Shown piece by piece: positions 50,002 through 61,150 of a stretch of DNA of 64,000 nucleotides (position 1 is its first letter; each line of letters starts with the position of its first letter). The notes under the pieces are model-generated. The model worked only from the letters and a program-made list of their open reading frames with translations, was not told where the DNA came from and did not search any database. This DNA is from Anthoceros angustus. Lineage: Eukaryota > Plantae > Anthocerotophyta. The DNA is taken from positions 930,001 to 994,000 of the forward strand of contig MU008151.1 in the NCBI GenBank assembly GCA_010909165.1. Direction: 5' to 3'. A program made the position numbers and the translations under genes.

Positions 50002-53000
50002 ATGGCGGAAGAGCATGAGGCGGAGGATTGGCGCGCGCTGCCGGTTCAGCTGCAGCAGCTGCTGCTAGATCTGGGCCGGAATGCCGTGATCCGTCTACCC
50101 AACCTGGAGGAAGATGGAGACTATGGCGGCTACTTCACTGATCGAATCCGTGGTGATGAGGGAAGGCACTGGCGAGTGCGCACGCGGGTGTTGACAGCCA
50201 TTTCCAACTGCCGCAGTCTCCGGGACATAACCATTGAGTCCGAGTGGGCCATCGGCTTGGATCGGGAGGATGAAGTGTCGGTTCTGTTGGGGGGCCTGGC
50301 GTCCAACCCTTCCCTGAAATATCTGCGTCTGTCTGTGAAGGTTTTGGAAGGCAGGCGGCTTGCGAGGCTCTGGGCCAGCTTGTTGCATCCAGTCGCAGCT
50401 TACTTCAGCACCCAAAGTTGGGCTTGATGCCGCGGACTGGGTGCCCTGGCCAAAGGCTTCAACAAGGATTCTGTCCTGGAGTTGGTCTTACGAGGAACAA
50501 GGTGGGAGGTGCTGAAGGGCACAGCACCTGGCCCGCATTCTGGCCACGGCTCCCCGTCTCAAGAAACTGTCACTGAAAAGCATCGGCATGGATGTGGCGG
50601 GAGCCCAGTGTATTGCAAATGCTCTTCCGCTCTGTGCCACGCTCCGGTATCTGGCGTTGGCATTGCAGGGGTCCCATTCCGGCGGCCTGGGCCCATGGGC
50701 ACTGTGCTCAAACTTGCTTTCACCCGCGCGGATGAGGATGAGAATGCCTCCATCTCTGGCGTCACACAGCTGTTGGATATCTCGAAGGATGGGGAGGCAG
50801 GCCTGGCAGACGCCCTGGCCGGAATGCTGCGCACCAACGATCGTATCGAGCTTGTCACCACTCCATATGCTCTCATCCACGGCCTGGACGGGTTACGCCA
50901 CAACTCCACCATATCTGAACTTCGTCTCCGGGACTCAGTACGCCATCAGCTGCGACGGATGTGTGGATGCGCCTTGTCCAGTTGCTCCCGGAATGCAAAG
51001 CACTGCGTGTCCTGGACTTGGGATCGCTCAAGGGCCACGCCTCGTTCAAGAAAGAGTTGCTGAGATCCTTGGAGGGCAACGCATCTCTGAAAAGCTCGAC
51101 ATTTCTGGCTGGACGCCCTGGATCATGACATGTTTAGAGACTTGATGAACTGTATTCAAGTCAACAAGACGTTACGGAGATCAACATCCGGGGACAACAT
51201 GGGAAGCGGAAGGAAAGGACGCAATCATCAATGCAGCCTTGGCAGGCAATGCCACTCAAGAGGCTTACTGGCCTTTGCTCAGGCAAGGGCCTGTGATGCC
51301 CAAGGCTGGGCGCCTCTTCCTGTGCGGTGCCCCTTTGGCAGGGAAGACCACTCTCCGCACCACCATGATTCGCGCATGGAGACGACAGCCGCATCACCCG
51401 AGTTCCAGCTCAGCCAAGTTCTAGCTCGACTGAAGGGAAAAATATTTCGTGCTTGGCGACGGATGGCTTCCGTCACCGGTACCAGAACGGAAGGCATAGA
51501 AATCGAGGTGTTGCGCAACGACCATGATATGCAAGTTACCATGTGGGATCTGGCTGGACAAGCTCACTACCGAGCTCTGCAAGACTACCTTTTCCGACCT
51601 TCAACCAAGCATGTATCTTCCTGTTTGCGTTCAGCCCATTTGATGATCGGAAACCTCCCCAATGCATCCGTCTAATGTCCTGCAGGACAGGTTCAGAAGG
51701 AGCTTGGCGTACTGGCTTAGGTTCATCAACTCCAATTGTCGCAACGTGGGCTCTACTTTGCCTCAAATATTTGTGGTGGCAACTCATGTGGATAAGATGA
51801 AGCGTTCTGATGCTGAAGCATTACCCAATCTCCTTCAACCCGTTCTGACAGAGTTGGCCACCGAGTTTGAACAGGTTGTTCACGTGGAAACAAAACACTC
51901 TTCTCCATGGACGCTCGATCTGCCAAGAGTGTGAAGCCCTTGCTGGACGCACTCATGGAATCGTTTCGAGCTCTATTTGCAACTAAACTGTTTTGGGTAC
52001 CTGAGGTATGCAACCGATTGAGTGCTGATTTGACTGCCTGGGTATCCCAACATCCAGCTCAACCGATGGTGAGGAAACAGCAACTTCAAACTTTGTTCCA
52101 AAACGAGCTAAGAGTCTCCACGAAGGTGGGGTTCAAGATGAGGGGAACGATTGGGAGCCATTCTTGCCTATTTGCATGATGTGGGTAGTATCATCTGTTT
52201 TCAAGATACAGATGTTGTGGTGATAAATCCACACTGGATGAGTCACAATTTTTAGGGCGACTCATTCACCTTCTAACCAGCATGTCTCCGTCTACTAGAG
52301 GTTTGTCGCATTCCTCAGATGGATTTGTTGCTCAAAGTCTGCTTCATTCCACCTTGGATGAGATTCTCAGAGGCACACAAGCGGAGGGATTGAAAGGCAA
52401 CATCTGGTATCGTTGATGACCACTCTCAACTTATGCTATGAAGAGGATGGGACTCGACGTGTCGGATTCTTTGTTCCCTTCACCATGGCCGCCGGTAATG
52501 GTGACGCTTCCTGGGAGACGACAGTTGAACTGGGAAACTGCTGATACAGCAAGCAATTACATCTACCTCGGAAGGAGGTTACAGTGCCTTGACAAGACGA
52601 AGACGTTTCTTGGTCCAGGCTTTTTCCTAGATTCCAAGTACGATAACTACCAACATGTCTTTGTTTGATGGTGTGTGTCTTCAACCTGTTTACTGACATT
52701 GTGGAGGTTTGCGTATTGCAGGTCTGCCTTCGAAAGGATTTGTTCGGATTCCATGGCATGCAACCTGAGCAATATCGTATTGAACGCAACCTCATCAAGT
52801 TTTGGTGTGATGGTATGGATGTGTTTTGGAAAGCAGTGGGGATATCGGAGAGGACACCGGAGACATCGGTGACCATATCGATATTCTGGTGAGGTCATCC
52901 AAGAGCAAAGATGAAACTATCGAGTTTCTCAAGGAACATGTGATTGCAAAGTTGAAATCTTTTGTGCTTCCCTGAAGGCAGTCCGGGAGTCGAGCTTGTG

Positions 53001-54297
53001 GAAGGAATTATCAGGACCGAGTGTGTCGAAAACCTCACACTCTGTATCTACCGGCATAATCAGTCAGTGCTAACGCAGGATTTGCTGAAGCGTGTTTTGC
53101 AGACCAACAAGACTGTACAGGGAGATTTTCTCCTCAATGGATCTGGCCGACTTCAAATGGTGGTGGCCAGAATGTCCTGAAGCCTTTTTGAGAATGCCTT
53201 TGAGCGAGCTGAGCTCTTAAGTGCTGGTGAACTCTTGGATGTCTTGATGTCGACGAACAGGTCTCCTTCAAACCATATCCAACATAGATGCAGCTGTAGA
53301 GGAAGTCCTGCCTACAGAGAAAGGGTGCTCGCACAACAAGACGCACCAGTTCAAACGTCTCGGTCTGCCAGCGTCCGACGTACTATATCCCTCCCTGGAA
53401 CAACTCACTCGGAGATGGGGAGCAACTGTTGCAAACCATCAATCAAGGGATAAGAGATTTGAGCACAACGTGAAAATGGTGGAGACAGAGGTGAAAGCAG
53501 TGGGAGTCAAAGTGGATAGAATTGGCGAGACTTTGCAACTTATCCAACATGAGATGAGCGCTATCAGGGCTGAGCAGGAAGCTACTCAACAATTTTTGCT
53601 TTCTAAGATGGATGAGATTATGAATTTCTCTGCAGAATTAGAAAGCAGTCAGATACCCAGACGTCCCTACATCACCACTGCAGACGTGGGTGTAGTACAG
53701 AGATTGATTGCAGGGGTGCGTGTGGGCAAAGCGGCTAAGCTGCACTTCATGTGCGAAAACATCTTTGGGAATCACATCGTGGAGGGCCAAACTGGATTCG
53801 ACTTGACATTGGAGGATGCGAAGTGGAAGTGGATCAGGCCCTAGCAATCAGAGGTATCAAGGTTTTGGTTTTCCTAGTGAAAGCTGGCCTACATGTGGCT
53901 GCCGGCATTGGGAATGCGGTTCCCGACCCTTCACCAGCTTGGATGGAACGCTGTATCTCACTGCGGCCTCTCTGGACGCAGACCTGTCCAAGGTAGATCT
54001 CAACCTGACAGGTCCATCGGCGGACCAGGACATTTCCGTGAAGGAGGCATGGATTACCCTGAGGATCTGGTCAAGCCGTTGGTAAAGGATCACATCGGCG
54101 AGATATTCCAACTGCATAGGTGCAATTTCGGAAAAGGCCTGAGGGAGGACGAGGAGTGGCATGGGTGCCCAACGTGTATGCAGAGGGAATTGACAGACGT
54201 GTTTATGAGAAACTCTGATGGGAGCTACTCAAACGTCGTGTGTTGCAGCATCACCCGGATTTGGTACATGACTGGAGGAGCGATCTGCACCACGTGA
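50002..54297 (+). CDS. TRN1-like: TORNADO1-like Roco protein (LRR-Roc-COR), copy B; frameshifted in this consensus
   Basis: Collinear paralog of copy A with GAPLAGKTT, RTEGIEI, WDLAGQ, YWLRFINSN, VATHVD and LHFMCE; intron 52638-52721 at the same position. Confidence 0.9.
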
Positions 54298-55869
54298 TTG
54301 GGTAGTGGTATAAGGATGTGTAGCCCAATCCTGCTTTGTTTCACGTCAGTCTTTGCTGATGGCCACCTCTGAATTCATCTTTTGAGTGGTTCAAGATTGT
54401 GACTCTTGAACACGTTCCAGAATTCATGAACAACAGCAGGCCCCTGGTTGGTGAAGGGAGGATGCTCCGGTCTGAGCATGCATGAATGGCCAGGAATGAC
54501 ATCCTGCCCTGCTCCATGAGTAATGGCTAATTCAAACTTCATCTGTGCTTCAGTATCTTCTAACAACTGGCGAGCTGGGGACAAGCAAGAAGCCTGGCTG
54601 CAAGAGCTTGACTGATCAGAGCAGTCCCACTCAGTTCCCACGAAATGGACCTGTAGGCACCGGACCATGGGTTGTGAAGGCACTGGGCTGCATATTTGTT
54701 GTCGTTTCATGAATATTCTTTACATCCGAGGGAATCACTCTTCTGAAGAGGCTGCCTACCAATTTCTGGTGTGCATCTCAGCTGGGTTTTCCTGTGGTGG
54801 GAACTCCGTTATCTATGGCTACAGCACCAATGCACTGTAGACGCATCGACTTGCTATGGGATTGGTGTGTGCAATAGAATGTGTGTTGTTTGGTGACTTC
54901 TTCTCAAAGTTCGGCATTTTGGAAACAGCAGAACCACATTCGTATCGAGCCTTTCCATGTATTTCCAAATGGGCATCTGGGGCGCTCTGTATTTGGGGAT
55001 TTTGGGTCGCCCAACTCATGTACTAATGCGAACGGGATTGTCATTCCTTGTTCTGTCATTCCTACGTCTCTTGAAGGGATTCGATTACTGCAAGAAGACG
55101 TCACTTCACATCTTATTCACCTGGTTGCCATCCTGGTCCTAATGCAGGGATGATATGGTAGGCAAAGCGCCCTGGATTTTTGGCTAGCCTCGGACTGTGT
55201 CCTCGATGTGACCATTTTCCTACTGATAACGTGCCTGTTACTCGTCCAAAGGCAGGTGCCAGATGAGGGCTCCTCTGTGGTGGGTTTCAAGTCAGGTCAT
55301 TTTCGGCACTGTGCTATGCCCTGCAGCAGGAGCTAGGATGGCGGCAGGCGCACGCCGGATTTGTGTTGAAGGAAGGACGATTTCTCTGCCTAAGTCTGTT
55401 TCCTTCAGGAGTCCTGCAGGCGGAGGCCCCAGGAAACTGTCGTGACCTGGCGGGACCCTGTCTACTCCAGTTTACAGGGTCCAGCCCTGAAACTGATCCC
55501 TGATGGATCCTCTCCTGGCTGGGTAGGATAGATTTTTGGTTTGTAAATGTTCTAGAGATGTAGTGAGCTTCCTCTTGACTGCAGAATTAGGACCAGCAGC
55601 TAAAATACGTTCGAGCTGCTGCACGGTACTGTACGAAGAACCTGTTATCATGAAAGCAAGATTATGAAGAAAGTGATACTGAAATATTAACGACAAACAT
55701 CTTTGGCTTGTTTGCCAGAACTGGCCGTGGCTTGTGGAGGTGCCGACGACTTGTCACAAGGGGAAGCCAATGGCCCAAACGTTGAGGAGGCCAAGTCGTC
55801 AGCAAGAGGGCGGGAGGTTCGACCCTGCATTCTATCAGCGATTGTCCAGGTTCTCGAACAGAAGGATGT

Positions 55870-55972
55870 CAGGAAGGCATGGTTGTACCCAATTCCGTGA
55901 CATTTGTGTGCTCTTGCATGCATGTGAAAATGTGGCAGCCTTGTGTGTAGGAAGACAGCAACACGCACAAAA
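55870..55972 (+). pseudogene. PPR fragment (duplicate of 8490-8598)
   Basis: VVPNSVTFV...HACENVAALCVGRQQHAQ. Confidence 0.75.
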
Positions 55973-56086
55973 CCGTTCATCCTCTTCAAGACGGGGTAGA
56001 CGGCCCAAATCATTCCGGGCCAGGCAGTCCAGCAGCCGCCGCCGCCGAGCCGGCAGCGCGCGCCAGTCCTTGGCCTCGTCCGCCAT
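55973..56086 (-). pseudogene. Inverted N-terminal fragment of a divergent TRN1-like paralog
   Basis: MADEAKDWRALPARRRRLLDCLARNDLGRLPRLEEDERF, with intact ATG. Confidence 0.8.
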
Positions 56087-57138
56087 GGTACACTGTGCTT
56101 CTCAGCGATGTAAAAGGTGGTCTCTGTGGCGAACGCGTGGGAAACGTCCGCGCCCCGAACGGGATAAGACAGGCTTCGCACCGGACTTCCTCCATCCATT
56201 CTCTGTTCTGTTCCTGGAATCCCGGCAGGCAAAGGGATGGACCAAGTCAGGAAAAGGAGAATCGTCTCCTCGACTCAAGGCAGCAAATTAGGTGCTAGGT
56301 GATGCCGTGTCCTGAACCTAATGACTTAAGTACATACTTTACCCTAAGAAGCTTGGTTTCCACTTCGGAGAAGCTGGGGACTCAAGGAGCATCTTTCGCT
56401 TCGCATCTACGCAGTGGTAGACGTCATCATCCTCACCCCGCCTGTTGCAGCCAGGTGAGGAGCAAGCCGATGCGGTGCAGTTGCTCACAAGACGTGCACA
56501 CCAAGGTAGCATATGCTAATCCGAATCGGAACCTTGACAACCTGGCTGCAACCACCTGCAACACCCTAATCCACACTGGCATATGCCTCACCATCTCATG
56601 CAGAATCCACCATTCCCTGCAGCTTGCACGTGATCGTGTTGATATTTTGGTGAGGTCTCGCAAGGGTCATCGAGTAAGACCAAACAATCGCGCTTCACCC
56701 TCGGCACTCGCGCTTTGTGCCCTTCCTGCGTCCGAGCTAGGAGACTGGCCGCCGGGCATTTTGGGGATGCTGGGTATGAGCTGCTGCGCTGTTTTGCAAC
56801 ACACCTAGGTGTGCTCGTCTTTCCTGCTCGTACAACTTGCAATTGCTAGCAAGCTTCAAGGGGTGTAGGACGTAGTGGCGTGCTTTTGAGACGTGTGCTT
56901 GAACATGCTGAAGAAGGGCAGCTGTCGTAGCTCAAGTTTGCAGGCTGCAGCCCTGAATCTGATCCTGCCTGGATAGGATAGATTTGTGGTTGGTGAATGT
57001 TCCAGAGATGTAGAGAGCTTCCTCTTGACTGCAGCATTAGGGTTATCAGCCGTACTTGTCAAGAGATGCAGGGTTCGAGCTGCCGAACATCGAGAAAGCG
57101 ATCTCGAAAGAAATGATGCAAACACCTTTCTCGAAAGC

Positions 57139-57257
57139 AATGATGACAAACACCTTTGGCTTGTTTGCCAGAGATGTACATAACTGTTTCCACTGATGGG
57201 TCTATCACTGGACACAGTTTTGCGGCAGACAAGCCAAAGGTGTTTTGTTTTATCATT
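57139..57257. ncRNA. Foldback family, copy 4
   Basis: Near-identical to 15644-15762. Confidence 0.45.
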
Positions 57258-57966
57258 AATGCTTGTCGAGGCACCCACAACTGTCAAGGGCTAGGACGTC
57301 GAAGAGACCATGTCTTAGAGAAGCAATCTCGTCAGCAAGAGAGCTTGGAAGGTTCGAACCCTGCTTTCTGTGAGTGACTGTCTCGTCGTTTTCTCAACCA
57401 GTCATGGGAGATGTATGTTTCAGAGATGCCGAGAAAGGCACCAAACTTATCCTCGCTTTGGTGGAAGCCATCGTTGAGGCCTCTCTAGTTGGCAGATTGT
57501 AGGACAGCGGCTCCAACTAACTGGAGATTTTGCTTTCTTCGAAGGTGAGGAAGGGAAGGTGTGTTTCTATCCTTCCTATCCAGGGTGATTTGGTTGTGGA
57601 GAGCGTCAGCGGAAAGCGTGGCTTTTGCAAAAAAAAAAACCGTGAGAGCAACAGCAGCACCAACTTGCTCAATATATTGCCGAACCCGACTGTGTAGAAA
57701 CCATTATCCTGGTCAAACACCACCGGTTCAACAGTTATGAAGGCCACAAGGAACTACATTGAGTGCAGCAAATGCATAAAATTGTCAAGCTTGAAGGGGC
57801 TGCAGCCTACACAGACAAGACCATCTCCCTTGACACTTGAGCCACGTGCGCTTAGATCGGTACTTAGATGGGGTGCCTGAAGGGAGTGGATGCCCTTGGT
57901 GCAAGTAGCTTAGGCACACCAAGGTACAAGTTGTTAAGTACCAAGTCCCATGACGAAAATCCGTCT

Positions 57967-58539
57967 TCAGTGGACTTGAATAAAATTCTTCTTCTTCCTG
58001 TGGGTCCTCTTGCTCAGCGAACAGAGCAGAGCCGCGGACTCGCCTTCCTGCGCCACGAAGAACTGGTTGCCGTAGCGGGATTGCAGCTCGACGAAGAATT
58101 GGCGAGGCAGCAGGGAGTTCACAGCAGGTCCCACGTTGAAGTTGAGGATGTGCGGCGACGTCAGGTCCTGGATCACCACGATGGTGCGCTCGTCTGGACT
58201 CCACAGGCTCCGCAGCGCCTGCCCCGATGTGGCCGGGGTAGGCTCGGTTCTCGTCACCACCCGCACGCGCCACCCGCTGCGCTGCTGCAGCTCCTCCAGC
58301 TCCTCCATCCACTTCCCCTGCCTTGCTCGCCGGCAAAACCCTAGCCGCGTCCAGCAGGAATGGAGGATCCAATCCAGCTCCTGCTCCGGTTGCTGCTGCC
58401 CCTACTACTGGTGCTCCCAAGGTCAGGGTGAGGGAGATGCCCAGCGTCGCAGCCGAGCTGCGATGCCGCTGCAGCAGCAGTCCGCAAGGATGATGGACAG
58501 GATGCTGCCGGGATTGCGGACGCTGCTGGCCCTGGCCAT
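57967..58539 (-). CDS. TPM-domain (thylakoid lumenal 15 kDa protein 2-like) gene, frameshifted, with divergent or truncated 3' end
   Basis: LEELQQRSGWRVRVVT...LWSPDERTIVVIQDLTSPHILNFNVGPAVNSLLPRQFFVELQSRYGNQFFVAQEGESAAL matches the TPM/TL15.2 family pattern (ILNFNVG, YGNxF); upstream Ala-rich targeting-peptide-like sequence. Confidence 0.75.
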
Positions 58540-58693
58540 GCGGATGGCGTCTCCGCCATGCTTCCTGAGCTGTCTCTGTAGATCGATGCTCCAGTCCGGG
58601 TCTACAGTAGGGTATCTCAACCTTTCGTCATGTGGCTCGCACAAACTTTCACACAGGTTAAACAAAACTGCCAAGCTCTAAATAAGCTTGTCT

Positions 58694-59792
58694 GACATGG
58701 CGGAATAGGACAAGAATGAAGTGACATAATCAAGGGACAAGTTATATTCTATTGTGAAGGGAAAATTCGGGATCTCGAATTCGATCTTGTGACAATAAGA
58801 ATTGCGAACAACATGAGAGAAGTTTTTGAGCTCTTCAAACAAAAGCTAAAAATTAGGTATCGATAAGGGAAGAAGACCTAATTGTTGAAGGCATTTTTTA
58901 AGACTGATGCTAAGTTCACTCAATGTTTGAAGACATCGATAGATTAACAGTCCATTGACAACCAGGTTAGAGGTATAGTAGAAATATATAAGATATTCTC
59001 TGCTCTTATGCATGATCACGATGACCAATTTTAAGCTTTGTTATATCTTGAAAAGCATAATGGAATAAAAAATACCCAACTTCCCTTTGACTTTTGCCAA
59101 AAACTTGGCAATGGTTTGCAAAGGTGACTTGTTAGGATATAGAGATAGATTTGGATGTAAACTATTGATATAGATTTGGATATAAACTATTGACATTTGG
59201 GGTATAGGCTGTCGACAATTATCAAGTCGCAAACAAATACCCCACACATTCCAATTGCTAATAATTCACACTCCAATTGCCAATAACTCATATCCCAATT
59301 CACATCTACAGTTTCTATTCAAATCTATCTCTATCCAATGTCTTAACAAATGGCCCATGCAAACTATTACCAAGCCTATTACCAAACTATTATAAAAAAA
59401 ACTAAGGTATTTTTTATTACCATTCTACTTTTCAAGATGTGATACGGTTTGAAGTCAGTCGTTGTCATTGTGGATGTGGGCAAAGAGTATATCCTATCGT
59501 CTTCGCTATGCCTCTGACCTGGTCGTTTGCAAACTGCCAATATGATGCCTTCAAACATTTAGCTAACTTAACGTCTATGTTCAAAAAATGCTTCCAACAA
59601 TTAGGTCTACTTCCCTTAATGATAACTAACCTGTAGCTTTCGCTTGAAGAGCTCAAAACATTCTTTTAAACAGTTGGCATTTCTTATCTTTCAGAAGTCG
59701 AGTACGAGATCCCAAATTTCATTGTCACAATAATATAAAACTTGATCCCCTTCATAATAAGATATAACTTACTCTTTCACCTATATAGTGTC
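58694..59792. mobile_element. ~1.1 kb AT-rich imperfect foldback (long-TIR non-autonomous element)
   Basis: Left and right halves are reverse complements, e.g. GAGCTCTTCAA/TTGAAGAGCTC and GACCTAATTGTTG/CAACAATTAGGTC; mirror ORFs KKCLQQLGLLPL (-) and KKCFQQLGLLPL (+). Confidence 0.75.
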
Positions 59793-59859
59793 ATTCATCA
59801 TTTCATATGGCATTCCCGGTATCAACATTGTGTTAGCATTCCCAATATCAACAATATGT

Positions 59860-61150
59860 TATCTTCGAGAAATCTTTTCTATTCGATCCACTTTGCCAGT
59901 CAAAACTCTTGTGTTTTGTCCACAAGGCAACTGCCCACCTCTATGATATCCAGATATAGCTGCACACCTGTATGGTATCCACAGTCTTCTTCTAAGAATC
60001 AAAGGGTGCAATTGCCTTCCTTCTGCAAGGGACCTATACATATCCAACAATGCTATCAAAAACCTATCCTTCACATAAAGTGTCCTTCGTTTACGCAGAC
60101 ACCATTCACCAGTGATTTGGCCGCTAAGGTCAGAAACCATGACATCTGCTACAAAGCCCCTTAGATGGCAACCAACGATAACATAGTCAGCGAAATTGAG
60201 ATCCTCCTGCTCCATCTGACCATAAACAACAAGCGACTCATATCTGAATCCAGCATACTGTGAAGGAAAAGAAGGATACGTAGCAAGTTGGAGCGGCTGG
60301 AGCATTCCTATTCACACCAAGGCAAAGGTTATAGCACATTTCAGTTCACAAAATCTTGCATACAAGACATCACGGCATTCCATAAATGTCTCATGCAAGT
60401 CGCCCACATCGTTATCCGCACACCTCTTTCGACAATCGGCAAATGGGGTAAAAGGGCAAAATTCTCACGATCGATCGCCTTCGGAGAATTTGCTAGAAGC
60501 CCATGTCGGACGGTGAGACAGCACACAGCCTCTCGAAATGCTCCATCACCACCGAGAACAAAGTGCATAATTCCATGCAAGGATGCAAGTCCTCTACACA
60601 TAATACACATCTCCCAACCAAGACTCTATCGAAAAGCCCGGAGTCTGGTTCCTTGAAACCAACCGTCCATATAAGGTATGACCTTGTGAGGCCGGGCGAC
60701 CACCTCTCATCAAAACTTGGGCAAGAGTGAAAAGCCCTCTCCCTTCACCCTAAGCAAGGCAAGCATTGAGCATCCTCCGCCACACTCAGATACATCCTCA
60801 CCACGGCGTGTTTGCAACAAAATCGTTGCTGCAAAACCCATGCATGCAGCTTGATATGCAGCTTGTGGGGCCTCTCGCCTCTGCCCCCATCCACAACAAC
60901 ACTCTGCTCCTTGACTGCAAGGCTCCCACATGACAAATGTTCGAGCATCTGGCCTCGCAACTTCCTTCATCATCTGCCCATAAATGTACAAGGCATTTTC
61001 TCCTTGGTCCTGCTGGCCATATGCCGCAAGCATTGCATTCCTTGACACCATTCTGCGTATGTCCATCAAAAACCGTTGTTACCATGATGCTCCCACACTT
61101 TGCATACATACAAAGGTGCGTCTTTCCAAGACATCCTATTCAAAGCCACG
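59860..61150 (-). pseudogene. Degenerate PLS-class PPR gene
   Basis: MYAKCGSI..VFD, VSRNAMLAAYGQQDQGENALYIYGQMMKEVARPDARTFV, and ALLDMYRSLAEGRQL. Confidence 0.75.
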
